Under the pieces are notes generated by a model, which was given only the letters and a program-made list of their open reading frames with translations, was not told where the DNA came from and did not search any database. A stretch of 64,000 bases of DNA, from sequence record OR493421.1, one strand, 5' to 3'. How positions within the stretch are numbered: the stretch's first letter is position 1; each line of letters opens with the position of its first letter. Shown here one piece after another: positions 54,963 to 64,000 of this stretch. Position numbers and translations under genes: made by a program.

Positions 54963-55621
54963 AACCCACCCTTAATTCCAAATAAAGAGTTGTCAAAAGA
55001 AAGAACTTCTTTTAAGTCTTCCGTAAAGAGTTCTTCGTTGCGATAAGCTTTGAGATGTTGCGGAAGACGGTTATCCAAAAATGAGATAAATGACGGAACA
55101 TCGTCATCGGTCTTCAACACACCAATCAGGCTTAGCAAAGGATGGGCGAACTGTTGCTTATTGAAATCCCTATTTTCCCTGAACGATATCATTCGTTTTT
55201 CATGTTGATAAACCGGGAATGCCCACTTGGCCACACTTTCCAAATCATAAAGCTCTTGGATCGTAGGGTAGGAGAATTCAGGGGCTTCTAAAATGATCTC
55301 TATCCAATTGTTGAGATACCCCTGAATAGTTTCGTAAATCTCCAGTGCGTCCCTGCTGTGTTTAAATGCGAGTATCCTACTATCAGGAAGCCGTTTGAGA
55401 ATATCGATAACTCGCTCTAACGTCACAGTCATGGGGGAAGGCCGAGTGTGTGAATCTGGATCGATCACGCTCGTCATACGGACGATTTCTCGGTTCTCCA
55501 ATTGATCCAAGGACATTAAGTATTGCCGAGGAAAAGACACACGATAATTGCGATTAACAATAATGTCGTGTTGGGCAATAAGTGACTTCCTAATCTCTTT
55601 ATAACGAAAGAGCTCGATCAT
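54959..55621 (-). CDS. probable virion protein (220 aa)
   Basis: ATGA coupling within the structural operon. Confidence 0.55.
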   Translation of the reverse strand: MIELFRYKEIRKSLIAQHDIIVNRNYRVSFPRQYLMSLDQLENREIVRMTSVIDPDSHTRPSPMTVTLERVIDILKRLPDSRILAFKHSRDALEIYETIQGYLNNWIEIILEAPEFSYPTIQELYDLESVAKWAFPVYQHEKRMISFRENRDFNKQQFAHPLLSLIGVLKTDDDVPSFISFLDNRLPQHLKAYRNEELFTEDLKEVLSFDNSLFGIKGGL

Positions 55622-55623
55622 GA

Positions 55624-56919
55624 TTATTCTCCAGTTAAAACTCTGCGGGATAGTTCTATCATAGCCACCACAACCCCGCCTTGGTAAGCCAGATCTTTAT
55701 CAGGTAACGTCAATACCGTTTTGGCATAAGCCAGCAACGCATCCCGATCTCTGACTTTGTTAAAGAAAAAGTCCAGCGTTAAACGTTCAAATTCATTAGC
55801 CGGAACCCCGTCAAAGAAACCAGCGCTGAAATAGAAATCCTCTTCACTACCCGGTTCAGGGTCAGGATAAAGGATATAACCGTTAACGGGTAAATTCAGT
55901 CGCTGAATACCGTCGAACTCGAGTTTCTCCACCTGATAGAAACGGTCTATTTTTGTCATCAACGGAGAGCCGTATGTCCGGGTTCCGAAGAACTGACGAC
56001 GGGAATAAACGTACATCTTACGCGGTACAACAGCGAGCAGATCCTTATTCATTTGGAGGAGCGCGTCGTAAACCGTAAGTTGGTCGTTATAGTTGTGTTT
56101 AACGCCCACCTGAGTATTGATGAGATTAATAGGTTTGACCCCGAGGAATTCTCGGTAAGGTAAAACATACGTAAGGAATCTCGTCAAGTAAGGATCGTAA
56201 TAAACAAAACCGTCTTCTTCGTTCTTAAACGTGATAGTTTCTTCAGGGTTAAAATAGTTCTTACGTAGCAGCTGCTGCGTAATGGCGAAGGACAGCCGCA
56301 TCAGTTCCTTGATGCCATCTAAACGATCTTTAGATAACAACGCGTTCCCGCCGTTTAGAGCGGAATCTTTGGAATAGTAATATTCCCTGACGACTTTACT
56401 ATTAAAATTGTCTTCTATAGCTTGGGTCATCAAACCGATGAGTTTGAACTGGATAAAATAGACTTTATCTGCTGCGTAGCTACGAAGTTCAGGTTGGCCT
56501 TCTACGACGTAAATACCCGCACGACCGTCACCAATATCCCGGATAAAAACATCACCCTGAATTGGGTTCAGATCAAAAATGACGTAAGCCCCACCCGTCT
56601 CTGTTGATTCGGCGGTATCGGAGTCAAATGAATACGCCGGCTTGCCCTCGAATTTCATGATGAGGTCGTTGATTCGAGTGTAGGACTGGTAGGTGTTTAT
56701 ATCATCTAACTGTGGTCCGACAGGAACTTCGTCAGCGCCAAGATATTGGCGGTAGTATTGTGTCCTTACTGGAGTGCCGGTAACAAAAGTCAGTAAGCTC
56801 GTCCCGTGCACATAAACGGAATCGACGATACTGGACTTATAGTCATCAGCATAAATCTTAGGTCCTTCAGCGGTCGTTACGGTGGGATTATCACCGGTAC
56901 CTGGAGTGAACACACCCAT
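55624..56919 (-). CDS. probable neck/head-tail virion protein (431 aa)
   Basis: LLTFVTG....T.YY.QYLG, PIQGDVF..DIGDGR.G motifs; recalled phiKZ gp99-like synteny. Confidence 0.5.
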   Translation of the reverse strand: MGVFTPGTGDNPTVTTAEGPKIYADDYKSSIVDSVYVHGTSLLTFVTGTPVRTQYYRQYLGADEVPVGPQLDDINTYQSYTRINDLIMKFEGKPAYSFDSDTAESTETGGAYVIFDLNPIQGDVFIRDIGDGRAGIYVVEGQPELRSYAADKVYFIQFKLIGLMTQAIEDNFNSKVVREYYYSKDSALNGGNALLSKDRLDGIKELMRLSFAITQQLLRKNYFNPEETITFKNEEDGFVYYDPYLTRFLTYVLPYREFLGVKPINLINTQVGVKHNYNDQLTVYDALLQMNKDLLAVVPRKMYVYSRRQFFGTRTYGSPLMTKIDRFYQVEKLEFDGIQRLNLPVNGYILYPDPEPGSEEDFYFSAGFFDGVPANEFERLTLDFFFNKVRDRDALLAYAKTVLTLPDKDLAYQGGVVVAMIELSRRVLTGE

Positions 56920-56922
56920 TTC

Positions 56923-58437
56923 TTAATTCTCCCTATAGGCCGCTAGGCTGTTATTCATCATATACATTGGCACTGGCTCTCTTAACGCACCCATGTCCCC
57001 TAAGCCCGAATCATCTATCAATCTAGCGAGATCGTTAGGCGTATTCACCGGGAACTTATCCCATTTATACCAAGGGAATAATTTAGGGATAACGACGTAG
57101 AGATAATTTTCGTCGTCCAATATGTTTTGGTTATTTTGATCGCTGAATTCTTTTAAATTACAGTCAACAAAAATAACGACCCGATATACGTTACTCATCG
57201 TTGGTTTACGATTAAGAAGTATATTACCTTCTTCATCCATACTGAGCTGTTCTGGGAGGACTAAGATATCGTCAGAATAAACCTGAATATGGAAAATGTC
57301 TTCATGGCGGGTGAAGAGGTTTTCACGGTACTTTAACATGTGTTCCAGGAAGTCGTCATCCCAGGTCCAATTAGGAATATCATTAACAATATTCATAAGA
57401 GGAACGTTCGCTTCGTCTTTAACCGTAATCGCGATCGTCAACTGAGTGTCCAACCAACGTTGTCCTGGAGGGACCCACATGTCATATTCCGGAATTCGCT
57501 GATAGTAAGGCGAGTGTTTTGTCCTGCTTTTCAGCAACAAGTTAATCATACCTAACTCTACGAACGCGTGAGGGTTAAACCCATTGCGATAACCCAACTG
57601 GGGCTTAGGCATGTACATTTGATCTAACGGCTGTTGGTAGATCATTAGAGGGTAACGCAAGTCCCAATCGGTCTGTTCGTTCCAGTAGAACTTATAACGG
57701 AAAGAAACTTCGTACCGGCCCAGATATTCGTTGGATTTACGGGTCAACGCAATAGTGGGTTCTTCAAAGAATATCCCAATCTCATCACGTCTTTGCTGTA
57801 AAACGACCTGGGTGTTATTACCCGCCGGGTTCGTTATCGTGGTGAAGGGCATGCACGCGTTTTTAAAGAACCATGGGGCGAACTCATCGGTAACCTGGCC
57901 TGCGTCCACTAACCGTTTGTGAATGGTGGTAAGGAAGTAAACGATTTCCAGGTTCAGCGGGTAATGAACGTGGGCGTTGAAATTAAGGTCGTTAGCCTGA
58001 CGATTTCTAGCCTGTTCTAAACTGTTACGAAAATTACGGGCTTCTTGCCTTGTCCTGAAGTGGGCGTTAACATCAACCGTGATCTCCCTTCCATCGTAGG
58101 TAGGGATGATCATAACTTTATCGTCGTCCGTTTTCCACACCGGTCTGTTGGTGATCGTTCTCTGAGCATTACCGTAACCATTGTTAAAGACGGAAGGTTG
58201 CTCTTCGGTGACGATATAAAGTTTATTGATTAATTTGAAATCAGTTTGCCTGTCCGCCCTTACTCCACTATCGATGTCAGAAAAAAGTTGCTTAGAGACT
58301 TCTGCATCGCCGTTGAAATACACTTTGTCAATACCCGTCAGTGAGTAGAATTCTAAAACCCGACGAAGGGATTCGATGATTGCAGGATAAAGAGCGTTAC
58401 GGTACGTTTCCCCTGCCTTTACAAACGTTCTGAGCAC
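56923..58437 (-). CDS. probable neck/tail-completion virion protein (504 aa)
   Basis: GTG start with GAGGA RBS; YPLMIYQQ motif; recalled phiKZ gp98-like synteny. Confidence 0.5.
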   Translation of the reverse strand: MLRTFVKAGETYRNALYPAIIESLRRVLEFYSLTGIDKVYFNGDAEVSKQLFSDIDSGVRADRQTDFKLINKLYIVTEEQPSVFNNGYGNAQRTITNRPVWKTDDDKVMIIPTYDGREITVDVNAHFRTRQEARNFRNSLEQARNRQANDLNFNAHVHYPLNLEIVYFLTTIHKRLVDAGQVTDEFAPWFFKNACMPFTTITNPAGNNTQVVLQQRRDEIGIFFEEPTIALTRKSNEYLGRYEVSFRYKFYWNEQTDWDLRYPLMIYQQPLDQMYMPKPQLGYRNGFNPHAFVELGMINLLLKSRTKHSPYYQRIPEYDMWVPPGQRWLDTQLTIAITVKDEANVPLMNIVNDIPNWTWDDDFLEHMLKYRENLFTRHEDIFHIQVYSDDILVLPEQLSMDEEGNILLNRKPTMSNVYRVVIFVDCNLKEFSDQNNQNILDDENYLYVVIPKLFPWYKWDKFPVNTPNDLARLIDDSGLGDMGALREPVPMYMMNNSLAAYREN

Positions 58438-58472
58438 AATAACGTCCTCTTCTATTAAAAATATAAGGTCAT

Positions 58473-58501
58473 AGAATCTGGCCTTTCTGGGGCCAGATTC
58501 T
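58473..58501. terminator. 11-bp intergenic hairpin
   Basis: AGAATCTGGCC-TTTCTGG-GGCCAGATTCT. Confidence 0.5.
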
Positions 58502-58506
58502 CGTTG

Positions 58507-59295
58507 TTAAGGGAGTAACGCGTCAGTGATAGCTGGGTCGCCGGGGAGTTCGAAATCGGTAATGTAGGTTACGGTCTGGGTCTTATCAAAGGTGTAGCGA
58601 AGAGTGAGTTCTCCGCCCTCTAACTTGATCACCAACAGGTTGGAAATTTCATCCGTGTATTTCTCCAACACCTCGGAACCCGTAATCGCGTCCAACACAT
58701 CGTCGATATTGAAAGCCTGATCCATGGCGTAGAGTAATGGCCACAGCGGGGTTTTCCAAGACTCAGGAATGACATCGCCGATTTCAATATCATACTCGAC
58801 ATTAAAAATCCGAGTACTGAGATACACCATCCAGTCCAGTGAAGAGTAATCAGGAATCGTTGATGTCAGATCACGTTCAATGGGTTGGGTGAGCGGTGAC
58901 AGGTCAGCGCGATAAACGGTTAGTCCGAAGCTCCCTTTGTACATCAAAGATGAAGAGAGTATCTTAACATTAAGGTAAACGCTTGTGCCTTCCTGGAAAT
59001 CTAATTGCTCTTCCCCTAAATCGAAATCCACGCCGCTAACTAATCCAGCTTCATGATAGTTCATGGCTCTGGCGATCACGTCGTTAATGAGCTCACCGGG
59101 AGTACCAAAGCTGATAAGAGGTGCGCCAACGAACATATCCCCAATATCCATTTTTGGGAATCTGAAGGTTTTTGGAGTTTCCCCTAAAGTTGCTTTGAGT
59201 TCACTCGTGGTGTCGTCTACAGATTGGATGTCAGTAAGGGCGTATTGCGAACCCAACACTGCTAAAAATCCGGGAGTGAAGGCAGAATTAATCAT
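58507..59295 (-). CDS. virion-type domain protein (262 aa)
   Basis: PKMDI...SSLMYKGSF N-domain shared with the 135- and 136-aa proteins. Confidence 0.6.
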   Translation of the reverse strand: MINSAFTPGFLAVLGSQYALTDIQSVDDTTSELKATLGETPKTFRFPKMDIGDMFVGAPLISFGTPGELINDVIARAMNYHEAGLVSGVDFDLGEEQLDFQEGTSVYLNVKILSSSLMYKGSFGLTVYRADLSPLTQPIERDLTSTIPDYSSLDWMVYLSTRIFNVEYDIEIGDVIPESWKTPLWPLLYAMDQAFNIDDVLDAITGSEVLEKYTDEISNLLVIKLEGGELTLRYTFDKTQTVTYITDFELPGDPAITDALLP

Positions 59296-59301
59296 TTCTC
59301 T

Positions 59302-60642
59302 TTACTCCATCCAGGCTTCGTTACCAGAGACTTTTTCTTCCTTCTCTGATTTCTTTTTGATGACCTTACCCAGAGTACTATTGAGACGCTCCATGGCGGA
59401 CAGAGGTTTGATAAAATTCTTCACACTCTCTTTGGCTTCTGCGAACTTCTCTTGTAGAGCTTTGGTGCGCTCACCAACGACCTCTTTCAGGGTTGACTTC
59501 TCTTCTGCTGGCGCGTCGTTGTTCACGTTGACCTGAGTCCCGGAAAGTTCATTGAGTTTAGTTTGAGTATCGCCCAATTGTTTATCGGCGTCATCCGGCT
59601 TGCAGAGTTTTTCCAGATCGGACAACGCGGCTGTGTATGCCGAGATAGCGCCCGCTGAATCGTTCACTCCTTTGAAATGATTGGCGACTTCGCTAAGATC
59701 AGCCTTCTCCAGCATATCGATGGTTTTCTTGAGATTCTCTTGATCGATCTCAAGCTTATCGTTACCAGCTGCTTTTAGATCTTCGATTTGCTTATTGAAC
59801 TTCTCTTTGATATCTGCGATCTGAGCCGCAGCATCTTTCTTACGTCCAGCAAAGAAATCGAGAAGGGTCTTCAGCGCAGTCTTGATAGTATCAACGACTT
59901 TGGCAATTCCGGCTTTAACAGTGTCAACAAACCCGGCTTCCATTCCCGATACTGGAGAATCGTTAATGAGGGTTTTGAATTCTTCCGCACCACTAATGAC
60001 CGCAGTTTCAATTTCATCAAGTTTGGCTTTAACCTGACTATATTTCATCTCTTCCTCCGAGACATTGTCGTAATTAGACAATTCGAAATACTGTAAAATA
60101 AATTCGATCAAATTAAGATCGCGTACCCCATCCTCTATTATCGGAAGAATCGAAGGGTCAATGGTGTCTTCTAATTCGTCGAGGAGATTAGTAACGGTTT
60201 CGTTATAAATACTTTTGAGTGTCTCGTAATGTTCGGAATTGACGAGTTCATCTTCAGGGATAGGCGTAAACAAACTGCGAATGGATTGTTCTTTTAACAA
60301 CCCTTCATCGAAATATTCAACGAGGTCGTCGCTGTTTGTTTTCTTAATTCCCTCTATAAGCTCGCCTAACACGCTATGAAGCGATTTTGGCACTAATCCG
60401 TGTAATTGACTCAGTTCATAGAAAGACGCTTCCAGATCCTCTATATAACGTTTAATCACTAGCTGTAAGGCCAGTAATGCGTTTTCTTGATAAACTGCAG
60501 GAGAAACGTCAAGTTCCCTGAATCCGTTAACGAGAATATCTGACTCTTCTTGAGTAGGTTTCCTCGTTTGAATCTGAAACACAATACCCAATAGGGTCAA
60601 AGCGGTACGTATGTTTTGAAATAAATAATTACCGATCCGCAT
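59302..60642 (-). CDS. internal head protein with propeptide (446 aa)
   Basis: VSGMEAGF followed by amphipathic helix VDTVKAGIAKVVDTIKTALKTLLDFF, typical of phiKZ inner-head proteins. Confidence 0.6.
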   Translation of the reverse strand: MRIGNYLFQNIRTALTLLGIVFQIQTRKPTQEESDILVNGFRELDVSPAVYQENALLALQLVIKRYIEDLEASFYELSQLHGLVPKSLHSVLGELIEGIKKTNSDDLVEYFDEGLLKEQSIRSLFTPIPEDELVNSEHYETLKSIYNETVTNLLDELEDTIDPSILPIIEDGVRDLNLIEFILQYFELSNYDNVSEEEMKYSQVKAKLDEIETAVISGAEEFKTLINDSPVSGMEAGFVDTVKAGIAKVVDTIKTALKTLLDFFAGRKKDAAAQIADIKEKFNKQIEDLKAAGNDKLEIDQENLKKTIDMLEKADLSEVANHFKGVNDSAGAISAYTAALSDLEKLCKPDDADKQLGDTQTKLNELSGTQVNVNNDAPAEEKSTLKEVVGERTKALQEKFAEAKESVKNFIKPLSAMERLNSTLGKVIKKKSEKEEKVSGNEAWME

Positions 60643-61039
60643 ACGTCACCTCAACGCTTCCTTTGAAACAGATAGATGAAGATTTGAAATAGATATAAAG
60701 GATTGACTCGTCTTTAACCAAATCAACCTCGCCGCGATCAAGGTCATCTAGTCGCACCAATTTCTTCCAATAATCAAAAATCTCATCAGCTGTTTTGTTT
60801 TCAGAATCCTGAAGAATGTGCCGAACGTCGAACTTTCTCCCGTAGGTGAGTTCGCCGAAATCAAACTTATTCATCACGACAGGTGAGTCAGGGCTTCTGA
60901 CGTCATTAACTCTAACTAACTCGTCGGAGCTACTCGGCGAAAAAACAAACGTCTGAGATTCCAATACACTTGGATCGGCGTTGAGGGCTTTAGAGAGTAG
61001 ACTCACCCACATGTTCTTGCTAATAACACCCGCTGACAT
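60629..61039 (-). CDS. small virion-type domain protein (136 aa)
   Basis: NKFDF...SSICFKGSV motifs; GAGG RBS. Confidence 0.6.
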   Translation of the reverse strand: MSAGVISKNMWVSLLSKALNADPSVLESQTFVFSPSSSDELVRVNDVRSPDSPVVMNKFDFGELTYGRKFDVRHILQDSENKTADEIFDYWKKLVRLDDLDRGEVDLVKDESILYIYFKSSSICFKGSVEVTYADR

Positions 61040-61047
61040 AACTACCT

Positions 61048-62121
61048 CTACTTAACATTGGCCGAAATGAATTCAGCGTAACCGAACAAAGTTCCGAAAA
61101 CATATTGAAGCCCGGTACTGAGAACCGAGCGCTGGAAATCGATCAACCAAGTGAAGTAAGCCGCCGCATGGCGTTTTGCCTCAGGATCGATATAATAACG
61201 TTCCAGGTCTCTTATCGCCGCTTCCATTTTTCTGGAAGTGCTGGTTTGACTGCGATGATCGTTACCGATCTTATCAGCGAATCCCTGCAGGGCTGTCATG
61301 AGGTCGTCAGCAATCGCTCTATCCGGCTTAAAGGATTTATCCTTAAGTTGAACGGAGAGTTTCTGGCTAAGGGAAACACCAGGACGATTTTTTCCACTGC
61401 CTTTGGAATAATTCACCCTGTAGATTTTCCCGCCTGGGAGAACTTGGGTTTCAGAATAATCACTGTGATGATTCTGACAAATTTCATTAGCGAAGGTAGC
61501 GGCAGTTTCAAAAATGAAATTAGGGTTGTTTCTCCAATTACCCGATTTAGCCGCATCCAATAAATTACCGTGCGCTTTCATCAACCTGGTATAAAACAGT
61601 TGAACCTGCTGAATACTCTTAAGCGTCCAATTAGCGTTGGTCTGTAAAGCCGGCCCTATGAATATCTTACGGGTCCCTTTGGGGTAAGGTACGAGAGTAG
61701 GTATCAGGCTCTGCGTTCTTAATTGATACTCTGCTTTACGGGCGATGTGTTTGATGCGACTAACCTTGTTAAAGACGAGCTCGTAGATGAAGATAGCTGC
61801 ATTCTTGATCATTCGCATTAATCGAACTATTGCCTTCTTGGCAAACTCTACGAAGTCTTCCATCCCAGCAACATTCTCATCTTCTGGGAAATTAAGAACG
61901 GCTTCGTCGATATCAAATTCTTCTGTGCCGGCGGTATTGTCTATTGCATCTTTATCGTCAGTAACATGACCGGGTTCTTTACCGATAACTGACGCTACTT
62001 TTTTATACCGCCCTACGTTATCAGGAGTACCTTCAATGTAACGATCTAATTTATTTTTATCTCCCTCGTATTCTTCTGCGAGAGACATGGACATGCCTTT
62101 TTGAGTGTAAGGGGTAGACAT
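61048..62121 (-). CDS. internal head protein with propeptide (~357 aa)
   Basis: VAGMEDF then amphipathic FVEFAKKAIVRLMRMIKNAAIFIYELVF; ATG at 62121 with GAGAGG RBS (ORF track starts at TTG 62139). Confidence 0.6.
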   Translation of the reverse strand: MSTPYTQKGMSMSLAEEYEGDKNKLDRYIEGTPDNVGRYKKVASVIGKEPGHVTDDKDAIDNTAGTEEFDIDEAVLNFPEDENVAGMEDFVEFAKKAIVRLMRMIKNAAIFIYELVFNKVSRIKHIARKAEYQLRTQSLIPTLVPYPKGTRKIFIGPALQTNANWTLKSIQQVQLFYTRLMKAHGNLLDAAKSGNWRNNPNFIFETAATFANEICQNHHSDYSETQVLPGGKIYRVNYSKGSGKNRPGVSLSQKLSVQLKDKSFKPDRAIADDLMTALQGFADKIGNDHRSQTSTSRKMEAAIRDLERYYIDPEAKRHAAAYFTWLIDFQRSVLSTGLQYVFGTLFGYAEFISANVK

Positions 62122-62142
62122 AAATCCTCTCAAATGCAAAAT

Positions 62143-62174
62143 AGGGAGGGGAGCCCCTAAGGACTCCCCTCTCT
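62143..62174. terminator. intergenic hairpin
   Basis: AGGGAGGGGAGCCC-CTAA-GGACTCCCCTCTCT (imperfect). Confidence 0.5.
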
Positions 62175-62199
62175 TGATTTAAACAACCATCCCGAGGGA

Positions 62200-63465
62200 T
62201 TACAGGCAAGCACGTACGTAGTCGAGTTCGCCGTTGGCGATAGCCAGGCCCAGACGGGTCGCAGAGGTCGTTACAGAGGACAGAGCGGTCTGAGCAGCTT
62301 TCACTGCGTTAACTGCTTTACCCACGTCTTCGCCGTCTTTGGTATCAGCTGCTTTCAGCAGGCCGATGATACGATCGCGTTTAGCCGCGCCATACTGCGC
62401 TTCAACTTTAGAAGAAGCGATGGAGTCAACCAGAGCGTTGGCGTCGCTGATGTATTTTTTCAGGGCGTCTTTGCCATCGGTGACTTTGTGTTCGCCAGAG
62501 GTTTTACCGCCGGAAACTTTCCAGGAGATGCGGATAGCTTTAGCAGCTTTCGCAACATCTTCGAAGGTTTCGACTTTACCAGCGTAATAACCGACCGCGA
62601 TGGTCAGGCCACGCCACTGGTGAGCAGCAACGGCTTTGTCGCCGCCAGCTTTCTTAGCCGGCCCGAAAACAGAGTCCAGGCCAGCTGCTGCAGAGCTCAG
62701 TTCTTTAACCGGACCTGCCAGCGCGGCGGCGTTACCCGGAGAAGACAGCAGAGCTTCAGAACCCGCTACCACTTTACCGGCAGCGCCGATCAGAGTGGAC
62801 AGGCCGGTTGCAGATTTAGGCTGACCTTCGCCAACGCCGACAAACGCGTTCCATTTGCCCAGCTTGATGGTTTCTTTCAGTTTTTCGGTTTTTTCCAGGC
62901 GTGCTGCAACAGCTTTCGCTTTGTTCTTAACCGCAGTGGCTTTGGAGAACAGGCCTTTGATGAAAGCGATCAGGCTATCCCAGATTTTCTTGATGAAAGC
63001 GATCGCCTGAGAGCCCCATTTTTTCACGGTGGCGCCCATGGCTTCCAGGCCTTCGCGAGCAGACAGTTCAGCGGTAGTCGCATCGAGAAGAGATTCCGCA
63101 CCCATAACCGGGACAGCGGTATCGCTCATTTTGGCGTTCAGTTTTTCACCGCGGGCGTACAGCAGGGCGAACGCAGCAGGGTTCCACTGGGTACCCGGTT
63201 GCAGGAGGGCTTCGGCGCCTTCAACGACTTCTTGCAGTTCTTCAACCTGCTCTTCCAGTTCTTCAACTTTGTCGCACAGGTCTTCAACGTCATCGGCGTG
63301 TTCTTCCAGTTCTCCGGAAGTTTCAGCGAGGACGTTTTCAGCAGCCATTTCAGCGATTTCTTCGGCCGACTCAGGAACGATTACAGCGGTATCGCCATTA
63401 CCCAGTTCGATTTCCAGGTTTTCGTTGCCCTGACGAGCCAGCAGATCCAGTAACAATTTACTCAT
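62200..63465 (-). CDS. abundant internal head protein, phiKZ gp93-family-like (421 aa)
   Basis: Acidic coiled-coil propeptide, several GxE sites (QGNE, EGAE, MGAE, EGLE), amphipathic KKWGSQAIAFIKKIWDSLIAFIKGLF; strongly biased codons; GAGGA RBS. Confidence 0.75.
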   Translation of the reverse strand: MSKLLLDLLARQGNENLEIELGNGDTAVIVPESAEEIAEMAAENVLAETSGELEEHADDVEDLCDKVEELEEQVEELQEVVEGAEALLQPGTQWNPAAFALLYARGEKLNAKMSDTAVPVMGAESLLDATTAELSAREGLEAMGATVKKWGSQAIAFIKKIWDSLIAFIKGLFSKATAVKNKAKAVAARLEKTEKLKETIKLGKWNAFVGVGEGQPKSATGLSTLIGAAGKVVAGSEALLSSPGNAAALAGPVKELSSAAAGLDSVFGPAKKAGGDKAVAAHQWRGLTIAVGYYAGKVETFEDVAKAAKAIRISWKVSGGKTSGEHKVTDGKDALKKYISDANALVDSIASSKVEAQYGAAKRDRIIGLLKAADTKDGEDVGKAVNAVKAAQTALSSVTTSATRLGLAIANGELDYVRACL

Positions 63466-63502
63466 TCTTTAAATCCTCTAGAGAGATTTGATGTAAAACT
63501 TA

Positions 63503-64000
63503 TTAATTAAGAAGTTTGTTGACGGACCCTAACACATCCTGGATATACTTATCCGTGTATCCAATAAGACGAGGGAGTAATCCGCTATACAATTGCATAA
63601 TGTTGACGTTACCATCAAGCATTCTTTCGAGCTGCTTAGAGACGGACTCACTCAGGTTATCTTCTCTTTCGAGATGAGGGTACGCTGATTTCACCGCACT
63701 AGCCCAGTTCTTAACAAAAGTATTGTACTCGTACATATACTTGATTAAGCGCTGTAAATGATCGTTGACACCATTAACCGCTCGTAACCATCCAACCGTA
63801 TCTAATTGAGCAGGATAAGGTTGGGCTTCGCCGTGGGGCTTTTTACCAGACATAGAATAAACATGACGTTTATCATCGTAGGTTAAAATCTTCCCTCCGG
63901 GCAAGGGGTGTGAAGAGGCTATAAAATTAGCATGAATAGGTAGCTGTAAGGGAGGATAAGATAACTTATCGTATTTCTGAATCAAAGCCACGCCCTGATC
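63503..64000 (-). CDS. hypothetical protein, probably truncated at the window edge
   Basis: The frame stays open past GTG 63991 to position 64000. Confidence 0.55.
   Translation of the reverse strand, partial: DQGVALIQKYDKLSYPPLQLPIHANFIASSHPLPGGKILTYDDKRHVYSMSGKKPHGEAQPYPAQLDTVGWLRAVNGVNDHLQRLIKYMYEYNTFVKNWASAVKSAYPHLEREDNLSESVSKQLERMLDGNVNIMQLYSGLLPRLIGYTDKYIQDVLGSVNKLLN

Noticed and set aside
1764-62174. Recurring palindromes as a CRISPR or mini-array
   Set aside because: Copies are single, non-identical and kilobases apart at gene boundaries, with no repeat-spacer periodicity.
62488-63453. 321-aa + strand ORF antisense to the 421-aa head protein
   Set aside because: Same shadow effect (F/Q/S-rich mirror of K/E/A codons).
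42-64000. Stop-codon reassignment
   Set aside because: Core genes are full length under the standard code and neighbouring ORFs are not fragmented.

Overview
This window is part of a phiKZ-related (Chimalliviridae-like) jumbo myophage genome, densely coding and mostly on the minus strand. The assignment rests on recognised family motifs and gene order; no database search was run. Left part (1-13.5 kb): accessory and DNA-metabolism genes, namely an Acb1-like anti-CBASS 2H phosphodiesterase, several small membrane proteins (two missed by the ORF track), an HslU-like ATPase with no HslV in the window, RNase HI, NAD-dependent ligase, a HAD nucleotidase and a secreted lytic transglycosylase. Middle (13.5-38 kb): SbcC/Rad50-like ATPase, baseplate spike, four paralogous tail fibre/tailspike genes (one with a GH28-like beta-helix), an overlapped spanin pair, a RuvC-like resolvase and baseplate-type genes. 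Right part (38-64 kb): probable portal, three glycine-zipper paralogs, a non-virion RNAP beta subunit, major capsid protein, DnaB-like helicase, neck/tail genes and internal head proteins. Codon usage of the capsid and head genes resembles highly expressed enterobacterial genes, which suggests a gammaproteobacterial host (inference). I saw no tRNA, CRISPR array, intein or transposase. The strongest leads are the glycine-zipper trio (40976-42468), a six-copy 19-aa acidic repeat on one tail fibre (17094-17426), the Acb1 locus with its coupled membrane peptide and structured upstream region (849-1800), and the GH28-like tailspike.
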